In this document: positions 50,720-61,657 of the stretch, one piece after another
Layout: every line of letters begins with the position of its first letter
How positions within the stretch are numbered: position 1 is the stretch's first letter
Assembly (NCBI GenBank): GCA_902566675.1
Contig: CACFJO010000001.1
Coordinates: 6,394-70,393, forward strand
Length of the DNA: 64,000 nt
Source: an uncultured Pelagibacteraceae bacterium
GTDB lineage: Bacteria > Pseudomonadota > Alphaproteobacteria > Pelagibacterales > Pelagibacteraceae
Direction of reading: 5' to 3'
Notes under the pieces: generated by a model
What the model was told of the DNA's origin: nothing
The model's database searches: none
What the model saw: only the letters and a program-made list of their open reading frames with translations
Program-made: the position numbers and the translations under genes

Positions 50720-52872
50720 TTTTTTATCGCTTTTCTTGGTTTAGTGCCCGGCATACCCATAGTTGATCTACCTTTTGGATATACCTTACTTTTTAAATTA
50801 TATTGGGAAATTTTTGGATTTAAAGTAATTTCAAGTTCACTCGCCTCTAATTTTCTCATTTCATCTCTTAGTTTAGCTGCCTCTTCGAATTCTAAATTAG
50901 ATGCAGCTTCTTTCATTTTTCTATTTAAAGCTTTCAGATGTTTTTTTAAGTTTCCGCCTACATTTGAGCCCTCACTAATTTTTACGTAATCTTTTTCGTA
51001 AACGGACTCTAAGATATCACTTATCTCTTTTTTAACTGACTCAGCAGTTATTCCATTTTTCTTATTATACTCTAATTGTTTATTTCTTCTCCTATCTGTT
51101 TCCTTAATGGCTTTTTCAATACTCTTCGTGACTTTATCAGCATATAAAATTACTTTACCATCAACATTTCGCGCTGCTCTTCCAATTGTTTGAATTAAAG
51201 AAGTTTCAGATCTTAAAAATCCCTCTTTATCAGCATCTAAAATTGCTACCAAAGCACATTCGGGAATATCTAATCCTTCTCTCAACAAATTAATTCCTAC
51301 AAGAATATCAAACACTCCCATTCTTAAATCTCTTATGATCTCAATTCTTTCAAGAGTATCAATGTCAGAGTGCATATATCTTACTTTAAGACCATTTTCA
51401 TGGAGGTACTCAGTAAGATCTTCAGCCATTTTTTTTGTCAGCGTTGTAGCAAGAACTCTATATCCTTTTTTTACAATCTCTTTTGCCTCGTGCATAAGAT
51501 CATCAACTTGAGTTTTGGCTGGCCTTATTTCAACCGGTGGGTCTATCAAACCTGTTGGCCTAATGATTTGGTCAATGTATTTATTGCTTGTTTGTTTTAG
51601 TTCCCAAGGTCCTGGGGTAGCAGAGACAAAAACAGTTTGCGTTCTCATTAAATCCCACTCTTCAAATTTCAATGGTCTATTATCCATACACGACGGGAGT
51701 CTAAACCCATATTCGGCTAACGTACTTTTTCTTGTCCGGTCACCTTTATACATTCCATTTAATTGAGGGACTGTTACGTGACTTTCGTCTACAAATATAA
51801 TTGCATTATCTGGAAAATACTCAAACAGGGTAGGGGGTGGTTCGCCAGCTTTTCTTCCTGATAAAAATCTTGAATAATTTTCTATCCCTGCACATGTTCC
51901 GGTGGCTTCAATCATTTCTAGATCAAACTTAGTTCGTTCTCTTAATCTCTGTTCCTCTAAAAGTTTATTATTTTCTCTATGTCTTTTTAAAGTCTCAGCT
52001 AACTCAGATTTTATTTGTTTGATTGCTTGCTCGATAGTAGGTTTAGGAGTTATGTAATGACTATTAGCGTAAATTTTTATAATTGAGTAATCGTTTGTCT
52101 TGTCTCCAGTGAGCGGGTCAAATTCTTCAATTTTTTCTAATTTATTTAAATTAAAACTTATTCTCCATGCTCTATCTTCTAAGTGTGACGGAAAGATCTC
52201 TAAATTTTCTCCTCTTACCCTAAAGGTCCCTCTAAAAAAATTTTGATCATTTCTTTTGTACTGCAAGTTTATAAATGCTCTGATTAAATCGTCTCGCATA
52301 TATTCATAATTTTTCTTTAAAGTTATAGTCATTTTTGAGTACGCCTCTACAGAACCTAAACCATAAATACATGATACACTTGCAACAATAATCACATCAT
52401 CTCTTTCCAACAAAGATCTTGTAGCCGAGTGTCTCATACGATCAATTTGCTCATTTATTGAAGCCTCTTTTTCTATATAAGTATCAGATCTAGGAACGTA
52501 TGCTTCTGGAGTGTAGTAATCGTAATATGATACAAAATACTCTACAGCATTATCTGGAAAAAAACTTTTAAACTCTCCGTACAATTGAGCAGCTAAAGTT
52601 TTGTTTGGCGCTAGTATTAAAGCAGGTCTATTAGCTTTTTCGATAACTTTTGCCATTGTGAACGTTTTACCTGATCCTGTAACACCTAAAAGCACCTGTT
52701 CTTGTTTGTTATCTTTCAAGTTTTTTAATATTTGTTTAATGGCCTCTGGTTGGTCACCGCTAGGTTGAAAATCACTTTTGATTTTAAAGTTAATACCTCC
52801 TTCTAGCTTCTTAATTTTTTTTGAGTTATTAACTTCTAGATCAGCTAATTTTTCTTGATAAGTATTTTGCAT
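50701..52872 (-). CDS. uvrB: Excinuclease ABC subunit B
   Basis: [42 protein letters not shown] domain. Confidence 0.98.
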   Translation of the reverse strand: MQNTYQEKLADLEVNNSKKIKKLEGGINFKIKSDFQPSGDQPEAIKQILKNLKDNKQEQVLLGVTGSGKTFTMAKVIEKANRPALILAPNKTLAAQLYGEFKSFFPDNAVEYFVSYYDYYTPEAYVPRSDTYIEKEASINEQIDRMRHSATRSLLERDDVIIVASVSCIYGLGSVEAYSKMTITLKKNYEYMRDDLIRAFINLQYKRNDQNFFRGTFRVRGENLEIFPSHLEDRAWRISFNLNKLEKIEEFDPLTGDKTNDYSIIKIYANSHYITPKPTIEQAIKQIKSELAETLKRHRENNKLLEEQRLRERTKFDLEMIEATGTCAGIENYSRFLSGRKAGEPPPTLFEYFPDNAIIFVDESHVTVPQLNGMYKGDRTRKSTLAEYGFRLPSCMDNRPLKFEEWDLMRTQTVFVSATPGPWELKQTSNKYIDQIIRPTGLIDPPVEIRPAKTQVDDLMHEAKEIVKKGYRVLATTLTKKMAEDLTEYLHENGLKVRYMHSDIDTLERIEIIRDLRMGVFDILVGINLLREGLDIPECALVAILDADKEGFLRSETSLIQTIGRAARNVDGKVILYADKVTKSIEKAIKETDRRRNKQLEYNKKNGITAESVKKEISDILESVYEKDYVKISEGSNVGGNLKKHLKALNRKMKEAASNLEFEEAAKLRDEMRKLEASELEITLNPKISQYNLKSKVYPKGRSTMGMPGTKPRKAIKKWKPKK

Positions 52873-52910
52873 TTTGTGTTAATAATAAAATAATTATATT
52901 ATAAATTTCA

Positions 52911-54098
52911 ATGAGCATAGTTTCCAATAGTTTAAAACGTATAAAACCGTCGCCTACAATAGCAGTTACCTCAAAAGCTAGGGAAATGAGAGCTGCTGGA
53001 AAGGATGTTATCGGCCTAGGGGCTGGGGAGCCCGATTTTGATACTCCAGACAATATTAAAGAAGCGGCAATAGAGGCGATTAGAAAAGGGGATACAAAAT
53101 ATACAGCAGTGGATGGAACTCCAGCTTTAAAAAAAGCTATCCAGGCAAAATTTTCTAGAGAAAATCATTTATCATATGAGCTTGATCAAATTTCCGTTGG
53201 AACTGGTGGAAAGCAAGTTTTATATAATGCTTTTATGGCAACCATTAATAAAGGTGATGAGGTCATTATTCCAGCACCTTATTGGGTTTCTTACCCTGAC
53301 ATTGTTTTGTTAGCTGGAGGAAAACCTAAAATAATAAAGTGTGATGAAAAAAATAATTTTAAATTAACACCAGAAAAATTAAAAAAAGCAGTTTCAAAGA
53401 AAACAAAGTGGATAATTATAAACTCTCCGTCTAACCCTACAGGCTCTGGTTATACCAAAGATGAGATAATAGCTTTATCGAAGATTTTAATGAAATATAA
53501 AAATTTATATATTTTAAGCGATGATATTTACGAACATATTACATATGACGGTTTTAAATTTTTTACAATTGCGCAAATTGAAAAATTAAAAAGCAGAACT
53601 TTAACTATGAATGGAGTGAGTAAATCTTACTCAATGACTGGCTGGAGAATAGGTTATGCTGCAGGTCCAAAGGAAATAATTAAAGCGATGGCTAAAATTC
53701 AATCCCAATCAACTAGTAATCCTACATCCATAAGCCAAGCAGCTGCAGTCGAGGCTTTAAACGGAACACAAGATTTTATTTCAGAAAGATCAAATTCTTT
53801 TAAAGAGAGAAGAAATTTCGTTGTTGATTGTTTAAATAATATAAAAGGTATAAGCTGCTTAAGCCCTGAAGGAGCTTTTTATGTTTTTCCAAACTGTAAA
53901 AAGCTATTAAACAAGAAAACAAAACTGAAAACCGATAAAGATTTTGTAGAGAAACTGTTAGAAAAAGCTGAGGTAGCTGTGGTTCAAGGTTCTGCATTTG
54001 GTTTAGACGGTTATTTTAGGGTATCTTATGCTACCTCAATGGAAAATTTAAAGAATGCAATGAAAAGAATTAAAACTTTTTGTGATAGCCTTAACTAG
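52911..54098 (+). CDS. aspC: Aspartate aminotransferase (class I PLP)
   Basis: GEPDFDTP, PYWVSY, NSPSNPTG, DDIYE, SKSYSMTGWRIG, GAFY. Confidence 0.92.
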   Translation: MSIVSNSLKRIKPSPTIAVTSKAREMRAAGKDVIGLGAGEPDFDTPDNIKEAAIEAIRKGDTKYTAVDGTPALKKAIQAKFSRENHLSYELDQISVGTGGKQVLYNAFMATINKGDEVIIPAPYWVSYPDIVLLAGGKPKIIKCDEKNNFKLTPEKLKKAVSKKTKWIIINSPSNPTGSGYTKDEIIALSKILMKYKNLYILSDDIYEHITYDGFKFFTIAQIEKLKSRTLTMNGVSKSYSMTGWRIGYAAGPKEIIKAMAKIQSQSTSNPTSISQAAAVEALNGTQDFISERSNSFKERRNFVVDCLNNIKGISCLSPEGAFYVFPNCKKLLNKKTKLKTDKDFVEKLLEKAEVAVVQGSAFGLDGYFRVSYATSMENLKNAMKRIKTFCDSLN

Positions 54099-55041
54099 TC
54101 TCTGATAGATACTTTTCAGCTTCAAGTGCTGACATACAACCCATTCCTGCAGCGGTAACAGCTTGTCTAAAAATTTTATCCTTTACGTCTCCTGCAGCAA
54201 AAACTCCTGGAATATTTGTTTCAGTAGAGTCAGGTTTTGTAATTAAATACCCTTCTTTGTCCATATTAAGTTGATCTTTAAACAAAGATGTTGCTGGATC
54301 ATGACCTATGGCAATAAATAAACCATCAACTTTAAGCTCTTTAACTTTATTATCTTTTACATTTTTAATTTTTAATGCATTAACAGTCTTCGGCTCTTTA
54401 GTGCCGATAACATCTTCAACTACAGTATCCCAAATAATTTCTATTTTATTATTAGATTTTAATTTTGCTTGAAGCATTTTTTCTGCCCTAAGTTCATTTC
54501 TCCTATGTATTAAATAAACCTTTGAAGCAAATTTAGTTAGAAACATTGCTTCCTCAACGGCGGCGTTTCCCCCACCAACTACAGCCACTTCTTTTTCTTT
54601 AAAGAAAAACCCGTCACAAGTAGCACATGCTGAAACTCCAAATCCTCTAAATTCTTGTTCAGATTTTAAATTTAACCATCTAGCTTGTGCTCCTGTTGAA
54701 ATTATAAAACTATCTGCAGTGTAAACCTGACCACTATCTCCTGTTGCTGTAAAAGGTTTTTTTCTTAAGTCAACTTTACTTATATGATCTTGTATCATCT
54801 CTGTGCCAACTGCTTCAGCTTGACCTTTCATTTCATCCATTAGCCATGGCCCCTGAATCACTTTTGAGTATCCAGGATAATTTTCAACATCTGTAGTGGT
54901 AGTTAATTGTCCTCCAGGTTGAGAACCATGAACAAGTATTGGTTTAAGCATAGCTCTAGCCGCATAAATAGCTGCTGTATAGCCGGCAGGACCTGATCCA
55001 AGAATTAACACTTTTGTATGTTTTGTTGATTTATTATTCAT
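54091..55041 (-). CDS. trxB: Thioredoxin-disulfide reductase
   Basis: GSGPAG.TAA.Y, SACATCDG, GGGNAA.EEA, AAGDV. Confidence 0.97.
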   Translation of the reverse strand: MNNKSTKHTKVLILGSGPAGYTAAIYAARAMLKPILVHGSQPGGQLTTTTDVENYPGYSKVIQGPWLMDEMKGQAEAVGTEMIQDHISKVDLRKKPFTATGDSGQVYTADSFIISTGAQARWLNLKSEQEFRGFGVSACATCDGFFFKEKEVAVVGGGNAAVEEAMFLTKFASKVYLIHRRNELRAEKMLQAKLKSNNKIEIIWDTVVEDVIGTKEPKTVNALKIKNVKDNKVKELKVDGLFIAIGHDPATSLFKDQLNMDKEGYLITKPDSTETNIPGVFAAGDVKDKIFRQAVTAAGMGCMSALEAEKYLSETS

Positions 55042-55064
55042 TATCTAAAGGTATATAGTAACTA

Positions 55065-56018
55065 ATGTTAGAATTAAAAGCACTTCTTTTAACGCAAGGT
55101 ATGCATGGCATGGTTAGTCAAGTAGAGGGATTAGCTAAAGCTTTGGGTCTAAGTTATAAACACCAAAAAATTGAATTAAAATCTTTTTGGAATTTAATTC
55201 CTCCTAAAATAACCCCAATATCAGAAAATTTGGTAAAAAATAAATTCGTGTGTGATTGTAAAGTCATAATATCTTGTGGACGAAAAAGTGTAATACCGTC
55301 AATAGCTTTAAAAAAAAGATTAGGTAATCAAATTTTCAACATTCACATACAAGATCCGAAAGTTTCTTTTGAACACTTTGACCTAATAGTAAGTCCTGAG
55401 CATGATCGTTTAAAAGGTGAAAATATAATTAACACAACGGGCGCTATTCACTACCTTACAAAAAAAGAAATTAACGATAATTCAAAGTATTTAGGAATTG
55501 AAAAAGATAAAAGAAAAGAATTAGTAGCATTTATTATTGGAGGACCAAACAAATATTATAATTATTCAGAAAAACAAATTCATGAACTTTTTAACAAAGT
55601 TAAAACATTATTTACTCCAGATAAATTTAAAATTATTGTAATTCCTTCCTACAGAACACCTGAAAATATTTTAAAAATAGCATTTAATACCTTTAGCATT
55701 AATCATCATGTTGTAAAAAATATTGATAAAAAAGCATATCTTTCTGCACTAGCAATCTCAAATTATATAGTTGTAACTTGCGACTCCACGTCAATGATTT
55801 CAGAGGCTGCGATGACTGGAAAACCTGTTTATATTGCCATGATGAAGTCTTTTAAGCCAACTGGAAGATTTAAAAAATTTTATTCACAATTGAAAGATTT
55901 AGGTATAACAAGAGAATTAGAAGATAGGGTTGAAAGTTGGAGTTACAATAGTTTAAATGAGGTAAACAGAATTGCTCCAATTGTAAAAGCAAAAATGAAA
56001 AAACATGGAATTATTTAA
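55065..56018 (+). CDS. ELM1 (mitochondrial fission)/DUF1022 family protein, glycosyltransferase-like fold
   Basis: G..SQ..GLA, ISCGR, IHIQDP, P.HD, IGGP, S.RTP, VTCDSTSMISEA..TGKPV. Confidence 0.85.
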   Translation: MLELKALLLTQGMHGMVSQVEGLAKALGLSYKHQKIELKSFWNLIPPKITPISENLVKNKFVCDCKVIISCGRKSVIPSIALKKRLGNQIFNIHIQDPKVSFEHFDLIVSPEHDRLKGENIINTTGAIHYLTKKEINDNSKYLGIEKDKRKELVAFIIGGPNKYYNYSEKQIHELFNKVKTLFTPDKFKIIVIPSYRTPENILKIAFNTFSINHHVVKNIDKKAYLSALAISNYIVVTCDSTSMISEAAMTGKPVYIAMMKSFKPTGRFKKFYSQLKDLGITRELEDRVESWSYNSLNEVNRIAPIVKAKMKKHGII

Positions 56019-56670
56019 ATCATTAGAAAAAAGAACTAAACTATTTAGCGATCCATTTAAACATTTTGAAATCAACCAGCCACTGACTCAAAATGCTATT
56101 GATGAGATCTGTAGTGCAGAGATAGCTGATCCTAGAAAACAAAATTTAAATTATGATGGAACAAGAGCTCTTGATGGAGGAGAGGGAGCCTTTCGAGCAG
56201 GAATTAAAGATGGAGGCAAAGCAAAGAAACTTAGATGCTATGTTACCAAAGAAAACTCTAATCAATTTCCCAATTTAACAAAATTTATTGAAGAATTGAG
56301 ATCACCCGAAGTTTATAAAAAGATAGGTTCACTAATTGGAAAAGATTTAAGCAATTCTTTTGTAAGACTTGAGGTAATTTGTGACCGAGAAGGTTTTTGG
56401 TTAAAACCTCACTGTGATATCGAGGAAAAATTAATGTCTTCAATAGTTTTTGTAAATTTACATAATGAGTCAGAAAATTTAGGAACAGATTTTTATGATG
56501 CAAAATTAAATAAAGTCAAAACTGTTCCATATAAACATAATTATGGTTATTTCTTTACAAGTGGACCAAACACTTGGCACGGTATGGAAAAAAAAGAGAT
56601 TAAAAAAGAGAGAAGATGCATTCAAATAAATTACGTTACTTTCGAGACTGATTGGAAAGTAAAAAGTTAG
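56005..56670 (+). CDS. 2OG-Fe(II) oxygenase family protein
   Basis: GFWLKPHCD (HxD), GTDFYD, TWHG (distal His), ERR..QINYV (2OG-binding Arg). Confidence 0.8.
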   Translation: MELFKSLEKRTKLFSDPFKHFEINQPLTQNAIDEICSAEIADPRKQNLNYDGTRALDGGEGAFRAGIKDGGKAKKLRCYVTKENSNQFPNLTKFIEELRSPEVYKKIGSLIGKDLSNSFVRLEVICDREGFWLKPHCDIEEKLMSSIVFVNLHNESENLGTDFYDAKLNKVKTVPYKHNYGYFFTSGPNTWHGMEKKEIKKERRCIQINYVTFETDWKVKS

Positions 56671-59600
56671 ATATCTTGCAAAGAAGTTACATTTATATCT
56701 TTTAGTTTGAGAGATTTTATACCTTCCAAACAAACCTTTGCCGTTGACATATTGGTGCAGTAAGGAACTTTATTGGATAAGGTAGCTCTTCTCAATGCAA
56801 CAGCATCGCTCAACTGAGCTTCGCTGTTTCCGCCTCCGGTATTTATTACCAATGCTATTTTTTTAGCATTTAAAATATCTACAATATGCGGGGAACCCTG
56901 ATTAACTTTGTTTATTTTTTTACATTTAATTCCATGCTGGTTTATGTAATCAGCGGTGCCTCCAGTTCCACAAAGCTTAAAATTTAACTTTACTAATTGC
57001 TTTGCTAATTCCACACCTTCTTCTTTATGACTATTTTTTAGAGAGATAAAAGCTAAACCTTTTATTGGAAGAGAGTTTGAAGCTGCAATCTGACTTTTAG
57101 CAAAAGCCATACCAAAATTTTTATCAAAACCCATAACTTCACCTGTGGATTTCATTTCTGGTCCAAGTAAAAGATCGCTGTTTGGAAATTTGTTGAATGG
57201 AAAGACCGCCTCTTTTACTGCAAACATATCTTTAGTTTTACTTTTTAAGTTGAACTTTGATAATTTTTCCCCTGCCATCACTCTTGAGGCTATCTTAGCA
57301 AGAGGTAAATTTTTTGCTTTTGAAACAAATGGAACAGTCCTACTGGCTCTTGGATTTACCTCGATCACATAAATTTTATCATTTTTAATTGCATATTGAA
57401 CATTCATGAAACCTTTAACTTTTAGAGCTAAAGCTAATTTTTTTGTTTGATTTTCAATTTCTTTAATTAAAAAAGGTTTTATTGATACCGGAGGTAAGCT
57501 ACATGCTGAGTCACCTGAGTGGATACCTGCTTCTTCAATGTGCTGCATAATACCTGCTACAAAAACATTATTACCATCTGATATTGCATCAACATCAACC
57601 TCCATTGCATTATCAATAAACTTATCAATTAAGATTGGATTTTTTTCAGCAACTTTAAATGCTTCTTTTACAAAGTCGTTAAGTTGTCTTTTTTCATAAA
57701 CGATCTCCATTGCTCTTCCTCCTAATACGTAAGACGGCCTTACCATTAAAGGCAGACCAATCTTATCTGCAATTTTAATCGCTTGAGAAAAAGTTCTAGC
57801 AATACCGCTTTCAGCCTGTTTTAAATTAAGTTTATTTAAAAGACTCCTAAATCTATCTCTATCTTCAGCAAGATCGATTGATGAATATTGAGTTCCTAAA
57901 ATTGGAAGCTTATTTTCATATAAAAATTTTGCAAGTCTAATTGGAGTTTGTCCTCCAAATTGAGTAATGACACCTTTTACATTACCTTTTGATTTTTCTC
58001 TCTTTATTATATTGAAAACATATTCATCTATTAAAGGTTCAAAATATAATCTATCACTTGTATCATAATCTGTTGACACGGTTTCAGGATTACAATTAAC
58101 CATGATTGTTTCATATTTAGCTTCTTTAAGAGCAAAACTGGCTTGGCAACAGCAGTAATCAAATTCTATTCCTTGACCTATTCTATTAGGGCCTCCTCCA
58201 AGTATTATAATTTTATTTTTACTAGACGGATCGGCTTCACATTCTGAATTAGAGGAAAAATTTCTTTGATAAGTAGAATACATATAAGGGGTGAAAGACT
58301 TAAATTCTGCAGCACAAGTATCGACTTTTTTATAAACTGGTAAAACTTTTAAAGCAGTTCTTTTTTTTCTAATTAAAGACTCTGAAATATTCGTAAGTTC
58401 AGATAATTTTTTGTCAGAAAATCCTATCGACTTTATATAATTAAATTCGTTGAAATTTTTAGGAAGACCTTTTTTTTTTATTTTAATCTCATTATCTATA
58501 ATTTCTTTTATTTGATTTAAAAACCAAGGATCTATTTTCGAAAGGTTATTTATATCTTTTAAATTTATTTTTTTTCTTATAGCCTCTCCAACAAGTAAAA
58601 TCTTATTTGGAATATTTTCTTTAAGTTTTTTTCTAATTTGTTTTGTATTTAAATTAAATATTTGGTCTAATCCTGAGAAACCTGTCTCTAAAGATACTAA
58701 AGCTTTTTGAAGAGACTCTTTAAAATTTCTGCCAATAGCCATTGCCTCCCCCACGGATTTCATTGATGTTCCTAAAATTGCTGCAGAAGAGGAGAATTTT
58801 TCAAATGTAAATCTTGGGATTTTAGTGACCACATAGTCTATTGTTGGTTCAAATGATGCAGGTGTAACCTTCGTAATTTCATTTTTTAATTCGTCTAAAG
58901 TGTAACCAACAGCTAATTTTGCTGCTACTTTTGCTATTGGAAACCCTGTGGCTTTTGAAGCTAGCGCTGATGATCTTGAAACCCTAGGGTTCATCTCAAT
59001 GATTACCATTCTTCCATTTTTTGGATTTATTGCGAATTGAACATTTGACCCTCCTGTTTCCACACCAATTTTTCTCAGGCAAGCTATAGAGGCATTTCTC
59101 ATTACTTGATACTCTTTGTCGGTCAAAGTTAGCGATGGAGCGATAGTTACTGAGTCCCCAGTATGAATACCCATAGGATCTAAATTTTCTATTGAGCAAA
59201 TGATTATGCAATTGTCATTTTTATCTCTGACAACTTCCATCTCAAATTCTTTCCAACCTTCTAAACACTCTTCAACTAAGACTTGATTAACTGGTGACTC
59301 GTGAAGCCCATTTTTTATTATCTTATAAAAATCTTTTTTATTTTTTGCGATACCACCTCCCAAACCACCTAAAGTAAAAGCTGGTCTTATAATTGCTGGT
59401 AATCCAATTTGTTTTAATACTTTTGAAGATTGTTTATAATTATTTACTATTTTTGATTTGGGAAGATCTAAGCCAATCTCTATCATATTTTTTCTGAACT
59501 TTTTTCTATCTTCAGCATTGGATATAGCTTTTGAATTAGCGCCTATAAGTTCAATTTTGTATTTTTTTAAAATTCCTTTTTTTTCTGCCTCCATCGCCAA

Positions 59601-59891
59601 ATTTAATGCAGTTTGACCACCCATCGTTGGCAATATTGCATCGGGTTTTTCTTTGATAAGAATTTTTTCAAGAACCTCTATTGTTATAGGCTCAATATAA
59701 GTTTTATCAGCAACATTTGGATCCGTCATAATTGTTGCTGGATTCGAATTTATGAGAATTACTTTGAAACCTTCATCTTTTAAAGCTTTACAGGCTTGAG
59801 TTCCTGAATAATCAAATTCACAAGCTTGCCCAATAATAATTGGCCCCGCTCCAACAACTAAAATTTTTTTAATATCTTTTCTTTTTGGCAT
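56667..59891 (-). CDS. carB: Carbamoyl-phosphate synthase large subunit
   Basis: [52 protein letters not shown] domain. Confidence 0.98.
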   Translation of the reverse strand: MPKRKDIKKILVVGAGPIIIGQACEFDYSGTQACKALKDEGFKVILINSNPATIMTDPNVADKTYIEPITIEVLEKILIKEKPDAILPTMGGQTALNLAMEAEKKGILKKYKIELIGANSKAISNAEDRKKFRKNMIEIGLDLPKSKIVNNYKQSSKVLKQIGLPAIIRPAFTLGGLGGGIAKNKKDFYKIIKNGLHESPVNQVLVEECLEGWKEFEMEVVRDKNDNCIIICSIENLDPMGIHTGDSVTIAPSLTLTDKEYQVMRNASIACLRKIGVETGGSNVQFAINPKNGRMVIIEMNPRVSRSSALASKATGFPIAKVAAKLAVGYTLDELKNEITKVTPASFEPTIDYVVTKIPRFTFEKFSSSAAILGTSMKSVGEAMAIGRNFKESLQKALVSLETGFSGLDQIFNLNTKQIRKKLKENIPNKILLVGEAIRKKINLKDINNLSKIDPWFLNQIKEIIDNEIKIKKKGLPKNFNEFNYIKSIGFSDKKLSELTNISESLIRKKRTALKVLPVYKKVDTCAAEFKSFTPYMYSTYQRNFSSNSECEADPSSKNKIIILGGGPNRIGQGIEFDYCCCQASFALKEAKYETIMVNCNPETVSTDYDTSDRLYFEPLIDEYVFNIIKREKSKGNVKGVITQFGGQTPIRLAKFLYENKLPILGTQYSSIDLAEDRDRFRSLLNKLNLKQAESGIARTFSQAIKIADKIGLPLMVRPSYVLGGRAMEIVYEKRQLNDFVKEAFKVAEKNPILIDKFIDNAMEVDVDAISDGNNVFVAGIMQHIEEAGIHSGDSACSLPPVSIKPFLIKEIENQTKKLALALKVKGFMNVQYAIKNDKIYVIEVNPRASRTVPFVSKAKNLPLAKIASRVMAGEKLSKFNLKSKTKDMFAVKEAVFPFNKFPNSDLLLGPEMKSTGEVMGFDKNFGMAFAKSQIAASNSLPIKGLAFISLKNSHKEEGVELAKQLVKLNFKLCGTGGTADYINQHGIKCKKINKVNQGSPHIVDILNAKKIALVINTGGGNSEAQLSDAVALRRATLSNKVPYCTNMSTAKVCLEGIKSLKLKDINVTSLQDI

Positions 59892-61071
59892 TTTTTTTCA
59901 TACTTTTCACAAATTTATCAAATAAATAAACGCTGTCCTGAGGACCAGGGTTAGATTCTGGATGATATTGAACTGAGAAAACGGGTTTATTTTTTAACTC
60001 GATACCTTCAATGCTGTTGTCAAACAAAGACTGGTGAGTAATTCTTATATTTTTAGGCATACCTTTTTTTACTACTTCAAATCCGTGATTCTGACTTGTG
60101 ATTTCCACATTACCCTCAATCAAATTTTTAACAGGGTGATTAGCTCCTCTATGCCCTAATTTCATTTTTTCTGTCTTAGCACCTAGCGCTAAAGCTAGGA
60201 TTTGATGGCCCAAACAGATGCCAAATAATGGTAACTTTTTTTTGATTAATTCTTGGATTGTCGGTATTGCATATTTCCCTGTCGCCGCAGGATCTCCGGG
60301 TCCATTTGATAAAAATATTCCATTAGGTTTGAGTTTTAGAATATCTTTTGCAGCTGTTTTGCATGGTACGATTGTAACTTTACAATTAAAATCTGAAAAA
60401 TATCTTAAAATATTTTTCTTAATTCCGTAATCTATCGCTACAACATGCAATATTTTTTTCTTATTTTTTAAATATCCATTTTCTTTTTCCCATGTTTTAT
60501 AATCTTGCCACAAATAATTTTTCTTAGTAGTAACCATTTTTGCCAAATCTAAGTTTTTAAGGCCGCTCCATTTATTAGTTATTTTAATTAGTTTTTTTAT
60601 ATTTAATTTATTTTTGTTATAAAAAGATATTGTCCCCTTAGGAGCACCTTTATCTCTAATTAAATTTGTTAAATTTCTAGTATCAATTCCAGTTATTCCA
60701 ACAATCTTATTTTTCTTTAACCATTGATCTAAATGTTTTAAAGATCTATAATTTGATGGATTAGTTATCTCTGTATTTATTATTACTCCTTTAGTCCAAA
60801 TCTTATCTGACTCGTGATCTTCTTTATTAGTTCCAACATTTCCGACGTGAGGAAAAGTAAAATTTATAATCTGATCAGCATAGGAGGGATCAGATATAAT
60901 TTCTTGGTAACCAGTAATAGAAGTATTAAAACATACTTCACCAGTTGCGGTGCCTTTGTAACCTAAACCTACGCCTTTAAAGAATTTACCGTTTTGAAGA
61001 ACTAGAATAGCTGTGGAATCGATCTTTTTAAGATTTTTTGTTGAGTTTATATTTTGACCAGTCTTCTTCAA
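59869..61071 (-). CDS. carA: Carbamoyl-phosphate synthase small subunit (likely TTG at 61071)
   Basis: GEVCFNT..TGYQE, DYGIK.NI, SNGPGDP, GICLGHQ, QYHPE; promoter position argues against the 61215 start. Confidence 0.95.
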   Translation of the reverse strand: MKKTGQNINSTKNLKKIDSTAILVLQNGKFFKGVGLGYKGTATGEVCFNTSITGYQEIISDPSYADQIINFTFPHVGNVGTNKEDHESDKIWTKGVIINTEITNPSNYRSLKHLDQWLKKNKIVGITGIDTRNLTNLIRDKGAPKGTISFYNKNKLNIKKLIKITNKWSGLKNLDLAKMVTTKKNYLWQDYKTWEKENGYLKNKKKILHVVAIDYGIKKNILRYFSDFNCKVTIVPCKTAAKDILKLKPNGIFLSNGPGDPAATGKYAIPTIQELIKKKLPLFGICLGHQILALALGAKTEKMKLGHRGANHPVKNLIEGNVEITSQNHGFEVVKKGMPKNIRITHQSLFDNSIEGIELKNKPVFSVQYHPESNPGPQDSVYLFDKFVKSMKKNAKKKRY

Positions 61072-61119
61072 ATACAACTCATGAGTTAAAGTAAAAAACT
61101 TATAAACATGATTTTGCGC

Positions 61120-61148
61120 AAGATATGAAATAGAATTAAAATCGTCAA
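61120..61148 (-). promoter_or_regulatory. sigma70 promoter of carAB
   Basis: Minus strand TTGACG(61148-61143)-N17-TATCTT(61125-61120). Confidence 0.6.
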
Positions 61149-61199
61149 GAAAGTTCTTTTTATTTTTTATAAGAATTGTGATTAAAATAAATTTCCTAA

Positions 61200-61655
61200 A
61201 TGTCTTTAAAAACAAAAATTGAAAATAGGCTTAATGAAGCTTTAAAAGCTAGAGATAAAAACATTTATCCTACCCTAAGACTCGTTGTTTCAGCCATCAA
61301 AGACGCAGAAATAGCAGTGCGCTCTAAAGGCTCAAAAGAATTAACAGATAGCGAAATTATCTCACTTTTAAAAAAAATGGTAAAGCAAAGAAACGAATCC
61401 GGTGAGGCCTATAAAAAAGCTGGAAGATCAGAGCTTTTAGAAAATGAAAAAAAAGAGATTGAAGTTATCAGTATTTTCTTACCAAAACAATTAGGTGAAG
61501 AGGAAACAAAAAAAATATGTCAAGATACGATTAAGATTGTTGGAGCAACATCAATGAAAGATATGGGTAAAATAATGGGAGTTTTAAAATCAAAACATTC
61601 AGACTCATTAAATTTTTCAAAAGTTAGTTCTATTTTAAAAGAACTTTTGAGTTGA
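61200..61655 (+). CDS. GatB/YqeY domain protein
   Basis: ALKARDK....LR, KMVKQR.ES...Y..AGR..L, FLPKQL, GA..MKDMGK.M. Confidence 0.92.
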   Translation: MSLKTKIENRLNEALKARDKNIYPTLRLVVSAIKDAEIAVRSKGSKELTDSEIISLLKKMVKQRNESGEAYKKAGRSELLENEKKEIEVISIFLPKQLGEEETKKICQDTIKIVGATSMKDMGKIMGVLKSKHSDSLNFSKVSSILKELLS

Positions 61656-61657
61656 AA

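Noticed and set aside
61072-61215. 48-aa N-terminal extension of CarA in the ORF track
   Set aside because: It overlaps the divergent yqeY start and lies upstream of or across a good TTGACG-N17-TATCTT promoter; TTG at 61071 is the more plausible start.
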